Assembly: GCA_951406725.2 (NCBI GenBank)
Contig: OX597837.1
Location: forward strand, 10,168,001-10,232,000
Source: Octopus vulgaris
Taxonomy: Eukaryota
Direction: 5' to 3'
DNA length: 64,000 nucleotides
The position numbers and the translations under genes were made by a program. Positions 11,150 through 24,569 of the stretch are shown in pieces (position 1 is the first letter of the stretch; every line of letters begins with the position of its first letter). The notes below the pieces were generated by a model that searched no databases, had not been told where the DNA came from, and saw only the letters and a program-made list of their open reading frames with translations.

Positions 11150-12234
11150 CTGTTAAGAGTAGATATTAGACCTTGATCTTATATATAGAAACACACACGG
11201 GGCTCTGTAAGTTTCCGTCTGTGTGTGTGTGTGTTAAACACACACACGGGCTCTTTAAGTTTCCGTCTGTGTATGTGTGTGTGTGGCCCGCCACCGCTTG
11301 ACAACCGGTGTTAATGTGTTTATGTCCCCAGTTGTATTGGCGGTTTTGCATTAGAGATCGATAGAATAAGTACCAATCATAAAAAAGAGGGAAATAGTAA
11401 GAAAAATTAAAGTACTGGGGTCAATTCAATGGACTAAAAATTCTTCAAGGCTGAGCCCCAGCCTGGCCGCAGTCTAATGACTGAAATAAAAACATTAAAA
11501 AAAATCCCGTCTGAACAACAGCAACCTCATCTAAGATAACAACCACGACCACCATTAAATAATTTAGGTCGAGTGTTTCCTGCTCTTTTCAAAAGGCGAG
11601 ATGGTCACGTTTGGAATGCCTTCGATCATGCGTGTTCAATGAGGGGTGACTTGTAGCTAAATTGTCTCCATGCTCCTAAATTCAGTGTCACGTGTTACCA
11701 TTGCTGTGTGACGTCACAAGGCCCTTTTTTTTTCCTCTCATATAACCTTCCTTCCTTTCTCTTTGTCTCTGATGGTGCGTGACCTTTTTGTCACCAGTTT
11801 CTGTTGAATGGCAAATGCTGCTTTTCATCTCGAGTGTCAAGTTTTGTTGTTTGTGTATGAGGCGGGTGGGGGGGGAGGGCTGTGGGAAGGATGAAAATGA
11901 GGAGAGGAAGAGCGAGAGATTGGGAGACGGAGAATAAAAAAATGGAGGGTGAAAGACAGGCTAAGTACGAGACAGGAAGAGGTAAGGGGCAAATACCCTG
12001 AATAGTAGTAGGAGGATGGGAAGAGAAACATTGTGGTACACGTAGGGAAAAGCTGAATGAGAGAAAAGGGACCTACCTATCACTCTATCTACCTATTTCT
12101 CTACCTACTTACCAGTTTGTTTTCTCGCTTCTTTATATCCAATTCTCTCCTTCGTTTCTACTAGAAACCAGATCAAAATCTCAAATATAAAAGTTTGTAG
12201 TTCAGGTGTCCGTCTAGACTACATGATATGTACG

Positions 12235-13294
<1,060 letters not shown>

Positions 13295-13295
<1 letters not shown>

Positions 13296-13397
13296 GATTT
13301 TGGCATTGCTAGTTTTCCATACTTTCTGTGATTTTGGCATTGCTAGTCTTCCATACTTTCTGTGATTTTGGCATTGCTAGCTTCCCATACTTTCTGT
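13295..13397 (+). repeat. three 34-bp tandem repeats (TGTGATTTTGGCATTGCTAGTCTTCCATACTTTC)
   Basis: GATTTTGG recurs at 13296, 13330 and 13364. Confidence 0.9.
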
Positions 13398-13643
13398 TAG
13401 TCTCTCATTTGCAAACTTAAATCTTAAATATACATTAACTATATGAAGATATGATCTACTGGTGGTCAGTAATGTAGTGACTTTTTTTTAAAAAGACTTA
13501 TTTTAGCAGATGAACGTTTAAAGTTGTCTAATTTCTTCTTCTGTTTGTTCGCAGTATCTAATAAAAGTCAATGAAATCCGCATGTATGCTTATCAGAAAT
13601 GCAGAGGCGTAGTGATTCCTCTATTGGAAACCTATAACAATAT

Positions 13644-14759
13644 TGTGATTTTGGCACCGCTGGAAAACTTGGAGAGTGGCTGCACAACCTCCTAAAAGAC
13701 AGAAAACAGGCAGTTGTGAGCAATGGAGCCACCTCCAAGGAAACACAAATAACAAGCGGTGTCCCACATGGCACTGTCTTGGGGCCACTGATGTTCATAG
13801 TGGCCCTTTCAGACATGCCTTCAGTTGCTACGATGACCACCCTTGCTAGCTATGCAGATGACACAAAAGTCTCCCACGCAATACAAAACCCTGAAAATAT
13901 TGCGCATCTGCAACAGGAGCTGGACACAATATACAGGTGGGCTGAGGACAACAACATGCAGTTTAATGCAGGTAAGTTCCAGGCCCTGCGCTACTGGCAC
14001 ACAAAGGTAAACGACGTGCAGACTGGATACACTGGCCCAGGAAGAATTGCAATCCCTGAGTCAAAATCAGTGCGTGACCTGGGCATTGACATGAGCAATG
14101 ATGCATCTTTCCAAGTGCATATTGCTAATCTGGTGATAAAATGCAGACGGCTAGCTGGATGGATTCTCCGAACTTTCAGAACAAGAGAGAAGGAGACACT
14201 GATGGTCCTATGGAAAACATTCGTCCTCAGCCGCTTGGACTACTGCTCCCAACTGTGGTCACCACACAATATAAAACTAACAGCAGAACTCGAAGCAATT
14301 CAGAGAAGCTACACAAAGAAAATCGTCTCAATGCAAAATATCAGCTACTGGGAAAGACTGAAGGTATTAAACCTCTTCTCCCTAGAGCGGAGGCGGGAGA
14401 GATATGCGGTGATATACATCTGGAAAATCCTGGAGGGTCTTGTCCCAAACTTTGGCATTCAAAGTTACCCCAACCGCAGAAACTGCATGGTGCCAAGGAT
14501 TCCAACATCACCATCAAAATACAGGTCCAGATACTGCAACAGCTTGGGTTTCAGAGGACCACAGCTCTTTAACATCCTCCCTAAATGCCTGAGAGACTTA
14601 CATGGTGTGGATGTGGGTTTCTTTAAAACTAAACTGGATCTCTTCTTGTCGGGAGTCCCAGATGAACCTACCTCACGACAGGAGACGCGGATGCGGGCAG
14701 CAGCATCGAACTCCCTTGTTGATCAAGTGCCACGTATCAGAGGTGGATTCACAAATTAG
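13644..14759 (+). CDS. 5'-truncated ORF2 reverse transcriptase of a CR1-group non-LTR retrotransposon
   Basis: Uninterrupted frame from 13644 (CDFGTAGKLGEWLHNLLKDRKQAVV). Motifs SGVPHGTVLGPLMF, YADD, WAEDNNMQFNAGK, RDLGI, SRLDYCSQLWSP, YWERLKVLNLFSLERRRERY. The endonuclease and N-terminal RT are missing. Confidence 0.92.
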   Translation, partial: CDFGTAGKLGEWLHNLLKDRKQAVVSNGATSKETQITSGVPHGTVLGPLMFIVALSDMPSVATMTTLASYADDTKVSHAIQNPENIAHLQQELDTIYRWAEDNNMQFNAGKFQALRYWHTKVNDVQTGYTGPGRIAIPESKSVRDLGIDMSNDASFQVHIANLVIKCRRLAGWILRTFRTREKETLMVLWKTFVLSRLDYCSQLWSPHNIKLTAELEAIQRSYTKKIVSMQNISYWERLKVLNLFSLERRRERYAVIYIWKILEGLVPNFGIQSYPNRRNCMVPRIPTSPSKYRSRYCNSLGFRGPQLFNILPKCLRDLHGVDVGFFKTKLDLFLSGVPDEPTSRQETRMRAAASNSLVDQVPRIRGGFTN

Positions 14760-14833
14760 TGTAGCTCATTCGGCGGTGGTGCCCCAGCATGGCCGCGGCC
14801 TCCGGGCTAAAACATTTTTAAGGATTTAAGGAT
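13644..14833 (+). mobile_element. 5'-truncated CR1-group LINE with intact 3' UTR and (TTTAAGGA)2 tail, lying between TA-rich microsatellites
   Basis: RT ORF, short 3' UTR, tail at 14815-14833, then (TA/TACA)n. Confidence 0.88.
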
Positions 14834-15115
14834 ATATACATACATATATATAATACATACATACATATATACATACACATACATACATATATATATACAT
14901 ACATATACATACACACATACATATATATATATATATACATATATACATACATATATATATATATACATACATATATATATACATACATATATATATACAT
15001 ACATATATACATACATACATATATATATATATATACATACATACATATATATATACATACATACATATACATATATACATATATATACATACATACATAT
15101 ATATACATACATATA
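14833..15115. repeat. (TA)/(TACA)n microsatellite
   Basis: Direct inspection. Confidence 0.95.
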
Positions 15116-15159
15116 TGATTAAAAAAATGGAGTTAACGCAGGTGTAATCAAATATTTTT

Positions 15160-15245
15160 ACTTTCGACACATGTTTCGAAAATTCCACTGATACTATTCA
15201 AAAGAATAAATGGTATAAACAATGCAATCTTCTCCTCAGGAAAGT
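15160..15245 (-). ncRNA. type-I hammerhead ribozyme motif (Penelope-like, intact core)
   Basis: Minus strand: ACUUUC-CUGAGGA-GAAGAUU...AAUUUUC-GAAA-CAUGUG-UC/GAAAGU. It has a 6-bp stem I, a G10.1-C11.1 pair opening a long stem II, a GUC site and a self-complementary stem III. Confidence 0.75.
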
Positions 15246-15445
15246 GAAAAAAACGAAACTCCTCAATAAGACATTTTAGCAAAAAATGATGGATTTGTAT
15301 AGCGATAGACAGAACGCTATTAATATTGTTTAAAAAAACCTTATATTTTTGAAAAGTTTTTTGAAAATTTTCTTCCAAAACTTTTCAAAAACCAACTGCT
15401 AATTGTATAATTACTGGTACTTTGGAATTGTTTATCCTTTTTAGA

Positions 15446-15854
15446 GGCGCAGACGTGGCTGTGTGATAAGCTTCTTTCCTAACCACATGGTTCCGGGTTC
15501 AGTCCCACTGCGTGGCACCTTGGGCAAGTATCTTCTATTATAGCCTCAGACAGACCAAAACCCCGTGAGTGGATTTGGTAGATGGAAACTAAAAGAAGCC
15601 CGTCGTATATATGTCAGTATATATCTGTGTGTGTGTGTGTGTGTGTGTTGAGTTTGGTTATGTCTCCCACTACCGCTTGTCAACCGGTGTTGGTGTCTTA
15701 CGGCCATGTAACTTAACGGTTCGGCAAAAGACACCGATAGAATAAGTAATAGGCTTTAAAAAAAAAAATTTGATATCGATTTGTTCGACTAAAACCCATC
15801 AAGGTGGTGCTCCAGCATGGCCGCAGTCAAATGACCGAAACAAGTAAAAGATAA
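15446..15854 (+). mobile_element. tRNA-derived SINE family A (CORE-like ACCTTGGGCAAGT; CR1-type tail)
   Basis: A/B boxes TGGCTGTGTG and GGGTTCAGTCCC, internal (TA/TG)n, and tail GGTGCTCCAGCATGGCCGCAGTCAAATGAC. Resembles the octopus tRNA-SINE families; exact family not assigned. Confidence 0.85.
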
Positions 15855-16235
15855 ATTGCCTTCGTCATCCTTTTAACGTCCACTTTTCCATGTTCGTATG
15901 GGTCAGCCGGAATTTAATTTGTTGAGGCATATTTTCTACGAGCTGATGCCCATAACCTGTCGACAAATCTCTTCTGTTCTCAAAGTAATAATTCTCCATG
16001 GTCGGACATATTTCCACTAAACGTTGAAATGAATAACACTGCTTGTGTGACGGTGAAGCTCGTCTACAACTATCGAGTGATGTGTAGGCAAGAAACACAT
16101 ACACAGCAGGCTTCTTTCAGTTTCCGTCTGCCAAATCAACTCCAAGGTGTCTAAGGTGTATTAAAATACAGTGGGACCGAACCCGTGTCGTTGGAAAGCA
16201 CACTTTTGAACCACACATCCTATACACAAACTATG

Positions 16236-16585
16236 TGGAGGCGCAATGGCCCAGTGGTTAGGGCAGCGGACTCACGGTCATAGGATCGCGGTTTCGATTC
16301 CCAGACCGGGCGTTGTGAGTGTTTATTGAGCGAAAACACCTAAAAGTTCCACGAGGCTCCGGCAGGGAATGGTGGTGATCCCTGCTGTACTCTTTCACCA
16401 CAACTTTCTCTCACTCTTACTTCCTGTTTCTGTTGTACCTGTATTTCAAGGGGCCGGCCTTGTGTCACGCTGAAAATCCCGGAGAACTACGTTAAGGGTA
16501 CACGTGTCTGTGGAGTGCTCAGCCACTTACACGTTAATTCGGATCAACCGGAACCTTCATCGTCGTAACCGACGGAGTGCTTCCA
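16236..16585 (+). mobile_element. tRNA-derived SINE family B, full length
   Basis: tRNA-like head GGCGCAATGGCCCAGTGGTTAGGGCAGCGGACTC...GGTTTCGATTCCC. Flanked by a TSD-like ACACAAA(C/T)TATG. Confidence 0.85.
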
Positions 16586-17434
16586 CACAAATTATGAAAT
16601 TAAAAAAAAAAATTAAATAAATGAATAACGAACATCACGTGATAGAATATTCTTTATTTCCTTCAATATTGATACAATATTAACTTTATTGCAGAAAAGC
16701 CATTTGTCTGTATTGTTTAGGTTTATAATGTTAAATTTGCTTCTTGTTATGTTGTGTGTGCGTTTGTGTACTTGTATAAAGTGACATTAGTGTTGGTGTT
16801 GTTATTTAGGAATGGCTTAAATCGAATACAAAAGCATAGAATAATAAAACAACATACAAACCTGCAAAGTATTTCTAGATGTGTGAGGAGACATCCTCGT
16901 CGTTTGACGTCCGCTTTCCATGCTGGCATGGGTTTGACGGTTTGACATGATGTCAGGACAGCTCCTTGCTAGCCAAGTAAAACTTGATCCTAAGCTACAA
17001 GAATCTTTGATCTCTCGTCCGGATCATTTCAACAAACCGCTCATTTTATTTCTTTAAGTTGATTGGCTAAACCAATGACCAATCAAAAATGAGATTGAAG
17101 TGCCCCATGATGCGATCATTTCTGAACTTGAACTCAGAACGTAGCGGCAGACGAAATGCCGCTAAGCATTTCACCTGGCGAGCTAACGTTTCTGCCAGCT
17201 CGTCTTAACTTGCAATTACTTACTGACTCACCCTCGTATATATATAAACGTTTGTACGTGCTTAACAGCAGCCACACCAACAAAAGGAAACGACGAAATG
17301 TAATTATAAGCAATGGGCCAATGAAGTCAAAACGCGTATCAACGGAAGCAAATTTGGATTTATCTTTTAGATGAATGTTTACCCGGTGATGGACTTTCAA
17401 AAATACATTGACCGGGGCGAACTTCACCTAAGCG

Positions 17435-17523
17435 ATAACCAATAGAAAAAGAGAGATACTCTCTCACTGCCCGCCTTATAACCAATAGAAAAAGGGAGAT
17501 ACTCTCTCACTGCCCGCCTTATA
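17435..17523 (+). repeat. 43-bp tandem duplication with a CCAAT motif in each unit
   Basis: ATAACCAATAGAAAAAG(A/G)GAGATACTCTCTCACTGCCCGCCTT at 17435 and 17478. Confidence 0.9.
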
Positions 17524-18469
17524 TCACTGCATGTTTCAAGGTGGAAGTGTTTTATCGTTGTAGCTGTGTAGTCTCCACCTCAGCCAGTTCCGATCTCCAT
17601 CAGGACTATGGCACATGATTAGTTTGGCCTGGTGATGGTTAGTTTGGCCTGAGCAATTATGGCCTGACGATTTCTCTTCACCCATAAAAACTGACCATAC
17701 GAACACCCAATAAGCAATTTTACCTGGCAACTGCAGATAAATCTCCATTCATGAAACACAAATGAAAGAGCACACATTGCCTTTTTAATTTCTCTCTATC
17801 TCTCAGTATCTTATCGTTTTAACGTCCATTATTCCATGCTCATACGGGTCAGATGGATAGCATTCGTTTCCAGCCGTCAACGGTGTGAAGATTAGAAGAC
17901 ACACAAGGCTTTTGTTGGTCCGAGACAATAGTCCAAGGTGCTGCACAGTGGGACTTGAACGCGTGACCACATGGTTAAGGAGGCGATCTTGTTAACCATA
18001 CTACATACAGTCACACCTGTATCGATTTTATACGAATAGTAGAAAAAACCATCAGATCAGGTTGCATCTTCAGCGTTGCGATTGGTTGGAGTTAAGCGAA
18101 TGAATGTTCACCCGGTGATGATAAAGTTAACTGCACACACCTCCCGGGCAGACATCATCCACTCAAAACAACCAGTAAAAATCTAAAGCAAGGAAGAGAT
18201 AATGGAGATGCCAAGAAGAATGACTGCTTCTGCTGTTCTTCCGAAAAACAACTGCAAACGTCTTGCACTGCAACGAAAAAAAATTAATTAAATTAAGACA
18301 TTTTATTTCTTTAATGACAGTGATAATAATTAATGATGCATAAATATTATTATTTAGCTAATCAATTTAAGGTTTTAATGACAGGGAATGAGGGACAAAA
18401 TAGACAAGGCAGACCATCAAATAATACATAGATTGGTGTGTGTCTGTGTATCTATATGCGCGTGTTTGT

Positions 18470-18474
18470 GTGTG

Positions 18475-18505
<31 letters not shown>

Positions 18506-18967
18506 ATGTATGTATGTGTGTGTATGTATGTATATGTATATGTATATATATGTATGAATATATATGTATGTATATATATTTATGTATATGTATATATATA
18601 TATGAATATATATGTATGTATATATATTTATGTATGTATGTATATATATTTATGTATGTATATGTATGTATGTATGTGTATGTATGTGTGTATGTATATA
18701 TATATATATATGTATATATAAATGTATGTATATGTATATATGTGTGTGTATATATATATATATATATATGTATATATAAATGTATGTATATGTATATATG
18801 TGTGTGTATGTATATATATATATAAATGTATGTATATGTATATATGTGTGTGTATGTATATATATATATAAATGTATGTATATGTATATGTTTGTGTATA
18901 CATGTGCTCGTATGTATATATATATATATCTACGTAATGTATCACGTATGTATGTATGTGTGTGTGC

Positions 18968-19002
<35 letters not shown>
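18470..19002. repeat. compound (TA)/(TATG)/(TG) microsatellite
   Basis: Direct inspection. Confidence 0.95.
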
Positions 19003-19005
<3 letters not shown>

Positions 19006-19209
19006 CAATACGCACACACAGTTTGCCGATAAACACTAAAATCATATTCTATACAAATAAACGGCACATACATCCATACAGACACGCTAGTAACGAAATA
19101 GGAGAAAATGTTCTCAACACTGCAAAGGGGGATGCAATTCTTTGATAGAATATTATATTTCCGGTGCGCAAGATTTCTTGCCAAGGGACATCAATCTTTC
19201 GCCAACATT

Positions 19210-19391
19210 AATACTCTTATACTTGTTTCAGTCACGTGACTGTGGCCATGCTGGAGCACCGCCTTTAGTCTTTGTAAGCCTAGTACTTATTCTATCGGTC
19301 TCTTTCGCCGAACAGCTAAGTTACGGGGACGTAAACACACCAGCATCGGTGTCAAACAATGCTAGGGGGACAAACACAGATACACAAACAT

Positions 19392-19439
<48 letters not shown>

Positions 19440-19592
19440 GACGGGCTTCTTTCAGTTTCCGTCTACCAAATCCACTCACAAGGCTTTGTTCGGCCCGAGG
19501 CAATATAGTAGAAGACACTTGCCCAAGGTGCGACGTAGTGGGACTGAACCCGGAACCATGTGGTTCGTAAGCAAGCTACTTATCACACAGCC
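19210..19592 (-). mobile_element. SINE family A copy
   Basis: Reverse complement of the family-A head, internal microsatellite and tail. Confidence 0.85.
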
Positions 19593-20128
19593 ACAAGTAC
19601 CAGACTTTAAAAGAGAAATAATAAAAATTCCATTAAAATGTGTACGCTCACACACAACGGGCTTCTTACAGTTTCCATCAACCAAATTCACATATGGCAA
19701 GGAGTGCATGCATACCACCGAGTCGCTCAGTTTTGATATTCCCAAATCTCGTACTCTTCTCTCCAGTTTCAGCATCTTTACTCCTCATTTGTACAGACTG
19801 TCCTCTTCATTATATTCATTCACAATCTTCTCTTTTCTCCATCTCTATTCATAAATGAACAGAACTGGGGGAGGAGCAATAAGTAACTACGAAATCTTCT
19901 TTCAGATGATAGAACTTCAATATAACCGTGTCTTACATAACGTAATGTTTTCAAGAAATGAGTTTTATTTAAAAGGATATATGTAAATTCTCACGTGACG
20001 CTTAGTAAGCATTTGCTCTGACCAAGCTTCACCTATGCATGAATATGAATTAACCCGTATGTGTGTGTATGAATCTTTTTTTTCTCTTTCTTTCCTTCTG
20101 TTTCTTTCCTTTCTCTTCTTTTCTTTCT

Positions 20129-20178
<50 letters not shown>

Positions 20179-20957
20179 TTATCTTTCTTTTTCTCTCTTT
20201 CAGAAGTCAAGCACGTATAATATTGAACAAACGAACGAAAAAAAGTCCCAGAAGGTCAGGGTTGAAAAACCTATACCAAATGCACAGACGAACGGACGAC
20301 ACACCAATGAATCAGGTGCAATTTCGTGCCATTATCGATAACATTGCTTCCACACTGGAGGCAACCAGCGTGTGTGTGGTTAAGTTTTGCTTCCTGACTA
20401 CACGGTCTCGAGTTCAGTCCCACTGCATGGCAGTCTTTTACTGCAACCTCAAGCTGGTTAAAACCTTGTAAGTATATTTAGTAGACAGAGACAGACAAAA
20501 TACTCATTATATAATCATGTGTGTCTGTGTATTTTTGCCTAGGCCGTAGAAAATTTGCTGCACTGAATCGCATACCATTAAACCGCATCGTGTGTATGTG
20601 TGTGTGTGTTAAAATCAAACCGGTTCCACCTTATTTCTCTGCCCTCTCAATTCTTCGAAGCTGCACCCCCCCCCCCCGGTTTACCCTTGCTCCATATACT
20701 CACTCATACTGTGCGTGTTATATATGCCCGCCTACGAAATAATCAGCTACTTTGCTTAGAATACCTGACAGTCTTGTGGAACATGTATGCATTCATGTAT
20801 AAGCATGTATGAACACACACACATATATATATATACACATACACACAGACACACATATATATATATATACACACAGACACAGATATATATATATATATAT
20901 ATACACACAGACACAGATATATATATACATATATATATAGATAAATAGATAGATAGA

Positions 20958-21330
20958 GAGGCGTGGCTATGTGGTAAGAAGCTTGCTTATCAACCACATG
21001 GTTCCAGGTTCAGCCCCACTGCGTGGTACCTTGGGCAAATTCTCTTCTGCTATAGCCTCGGACCGACCAGAGAATTGTCAGTGGATTTGGTAGTAGGGAA
21101 ACTGAAAGAAGCCTGTCGTATGTGTAATATATATGTGTGTGTGTGTGTGTCCCCTACCACCGCTTGACAACCCGTGTTGGTATGTTTGCATCCCCGTAAC
21201 TTAACAATTTGACAAAAGAAACGGATAGAATAAGTACAAACTTTAAAAAATAAATACTGGGGTTGATACGCTCGACTAAAATTCTTCAAGGCAGTGCCCC
21301 AGCATGGCCGCAGTCTAGTGACAAGATAAA
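20958..21330 (+). mobile_element. SINE family A copy (older variant)
   Basis: Head GGCGTGGCTATGTGGTAAG; tail GTGCCCCAGCATGGCCGCAGTC. Confidence 0.8.
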
Positions 21331-21557
21331 TCATGAGAGAGAGAAAGTCATAGATATCTATAGATATTCCGTTTAACGCTACGTTCTGAGTTCAAATTCC
21401 GCCGAGGTCGACTTTACCTTTCATCCTTTCGGGGTCGATAAATTAAGTACCAGTTACGCACTGTCTGTCCTTATTCGCCCCTTCTATGTTTAGTCCCGTG
21501 TGGGCAATAAAGAAATAAGATAGATATCTATAGTGATAGATAGATAGAAAAATAGAT

Positions 21558-21588
<31 letters not shown>

Positions 21589-24128
21589 TGTGTACTGTAT
21601 GTTTGTCTGTGTGTGTATATGTGTTCGTATATTGTGTGTATGTTTGTGTACATATGTGTGGGGCTTGTCTGGGCAACAAGACAACAATGATAGTTATAGA
21701 AACGCCTCTCTGGGTGAGGCGACAACAGCAACAAACCAACTAGTTTGTGTACTAAGCACTACAACCACCACCACCACCACGGTTACTGCTCTTCCTGGTA
21801 GCACAGCAACACCCACCACTATTACCGTGACTACAACTACTACTACTACTACTGCATCAACTACCACCGAAACCACCCCGATCACAATCAAAATTGTTAT
21901 AAATACTACAACTACGATTGCTACGACAACACCACCACCACTACTACTACTACTACGACTACTAGTACTACTAAGTAGTCATATTTCAAGGGTGAGGGTT
22001 CTCCGTCGGTTTCAGTGATAAGCACAATTCAGTTGTTCGACCAACTGAATTTATACCGGTCAAATTAGCGTGTTAGTGGCTGAGTATTCCGAAGACGTGT
22101 ATAGACTTAAATGCAGTTCTCGGGCTGAGGCAGCGTGACAGTGTTGGACTCTTTGCCGGTCTTGAGAGTGAAGGGGGGGGAGGACAGAAATGAAGGTAGA
22201 CAGACTGACAGACACACAGATAAATAGGGAGAGAGGGAGAAAAAGAGAGAGAAGAGGAATAATCAGTGATAAAGACAGACAGATGAACGAAAGAGACACA
22301 GATGAACAGAGAGAGAGGGACAGTGACAAACAGAGAGAGAGAGAGAGACCAACAGACAGACATGAATAGAGATATACAGAGAGGGGAAGAGGGAAAGAGA
22401 AGGAGAAAGACAAAGAAAGACGGAGACACAAGTAAAAAAAAAAGGGGGGGATAGACAGATAGATAAACAGAGGGAGAGAGGGAGGCAGACAGAGATATAT
22501 ATAGAGAGAGAGGGGGGAGGCAGAAAGAATTAACCAGTTTTTGTATTGACGTTTTTATCGAACTCAAGAGTTGGTAAATATTTCGGTATTGGTACACGAC
22601 ATCATTCACGCACACACACACCACCTTCCCTCATGACGTCCTCTCCTCATACCGACACTCTAGCGACGGCGGCGTCGACGACGACGACGTCTCATAGCGA
22701 AGCGACACTCTGTCGACCAATACCGAAAGATCGCCAGAGTTAGAATTTAAAATCCTGGCCGGGATTTGAATCCTGAAGAGGGCGCAGAGAGCTGGAACGA
22801 GTATCTGCAACACCACCACCACCACTACACTTCTCCATTACATAACCACTACAACTTTACAATATCACTACTACTACAACCACCACCACATTACAATACC
22901 TATACCACCGCCACCACCAGCATTACAACCAAACTACCACCGCCACCACCACACACTATTATACCACACCAACTATATTTCAATACCTCTCTCTCTCTCC
23001 TCCTACTACTACTACTAGCAATCATTGCTATCATCATCATCATCCATAGCAACATCATTGCAATCATTACCACCACCACCACCACCACTGTTATAGCTAA
23101 CAGCATTTACCTACAAAAAAGGGGGCAAGCAGGTGTGTAAAATATGTTGAAAGAAAAAACTAGGTTCGTCGGTGTGAGAAAAAGGGAGAGAGCGGGAGAG
23201 GGAAGAAAAGAAAGAAAGAGGAAAGAACAGAAGGTTAGCATGAAGAGGAAAAAAGAAGAAAACAAAAATAGAAAGAGTATGAGATAGATGGTGAAAACGA
23301 GAGAAGAAAGAGAGGAGAGTGACACACACACAAAATATATATATATATATATATGGTTGAGAGAAGACAAGAGCGTGTGTAAAAAAATTGCGATTTTCAC
23401 AAGCGTGCGCATAAGCTAAATACAATTACAGCACTGGTGACCATCACGTCTGCCTACAATCCTTACCTTCCCAATTACACCAGCTCTTACCGCCATCACC
23501 AACCACAACAGAGCTACAGAGCCCTCGACCACCTTCACCATCAAGACAGCAGGGTCTCTCCTCCACCACCACTACATTCATTCATTCATAACTCCCTTCT
23601 TCCGACCACAATTAACTACCCGCTCCAACAGCCTTCAACTACAACCACTACTACTACCACTACCTTAATTAACAATTAACACTTCACCGGTGGTTCTCAA
23701 CGGGGTTCCATATAAGATTTTAAAATTAATCTGCAATAAATTAGCTAAAATATTTTACAATTACAATAAATATTTTGACAATTTTTTTTCATACAATTTC
23801 TAATATTTTTTATTCTTTTAGCCTATGGAGATCGCACCCCCGAAGTAAGAGATAGATGAAAGACAAAGTCGTCGGTTAAGCAGACTTAACAATAAATGCG
23901 CGATGATAATTGCAGAGAACATCGACAAGCGTACGAATTATCAACGGATATACATTTCCTCCGTTTTATGTCGGAGGCGCGTAGGCTGTGAACTAGAATC
24001 CACGTACCAAACGATAAAAGCTTCATTAATCAGCTAGAAATAGCAGGTACTGATTACTTAATCCACAACCTTAATATCTTAGAAAACGCGAAGTACATTG
24101 CGATAACCGGGCCTCCAGAGACACTTAC

Positions 24129-24230
24129 TTGCACCTGGATATATGACGGGATTGTCAATAACAGAACGCCTGCAAGTATATTCAGTTTGATCGGGGTCCA
24201 CAAGAAACGACGGATCAGTCGAGTTTGCAT
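24129..24230 (-). CDS. candidate coding exon encoding a signal-peptide/anchor-like segment (MQTRLIRRFLWTPIKLNILAGVLLLTIPSYIQVQ)
   Basis: Minus-strand branch-like CTTAAT plus ttctcaacttttgacccag| acceptor at 24235, and a perfect AA|GTAAGT donor at 24128. A basic N-region is followed by a hydrophobic core. Confidence 0.4.
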
Positions 24231-24530
24231 CCGTCTGGGTCAAAAGTTGAGAATGGTAGATTAAGTACAAGACTGACAGATAAGAATTAGTGAAAATATA
24301 TTTGATAATCTAAATCTTGGTACCACCACTACATGACCGCAATCTAATAACAGAACTTAATAAAAGAATTAATACGTACATACAGACATATGTATGTGTA
24401 TGTATTTACACATAAGACATGTATTACTTCATATTTGTACACACACATGTATGTGTGTGTGAAAGAGAGAGTATATAATGAAAGCGTTGTTCATCAAACA
24501 GGTTTTATAGCCTAGTTGACTGGTTTTATG

Positions 24531-24569
<39 letters not shown>

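Noticed and set aside
14141-14572. 143-aa ORF overlapping the RT
   Set aside because: Alternative-frame shadow of the LINE ORF2 with no independent features.
16238-16312. tRNA gene (also 57244-57312 minus and other SINE heads)
   Set aside because: A/B boxes are present, but there is no clean acceptor stem and the sequence continues into repeat bodies; these are tRNA-derived heads.
22631-22633. In-frame TGA as selenocysteine
   Set aside because: No SECIS element recognised and no selenoprotein-like context.
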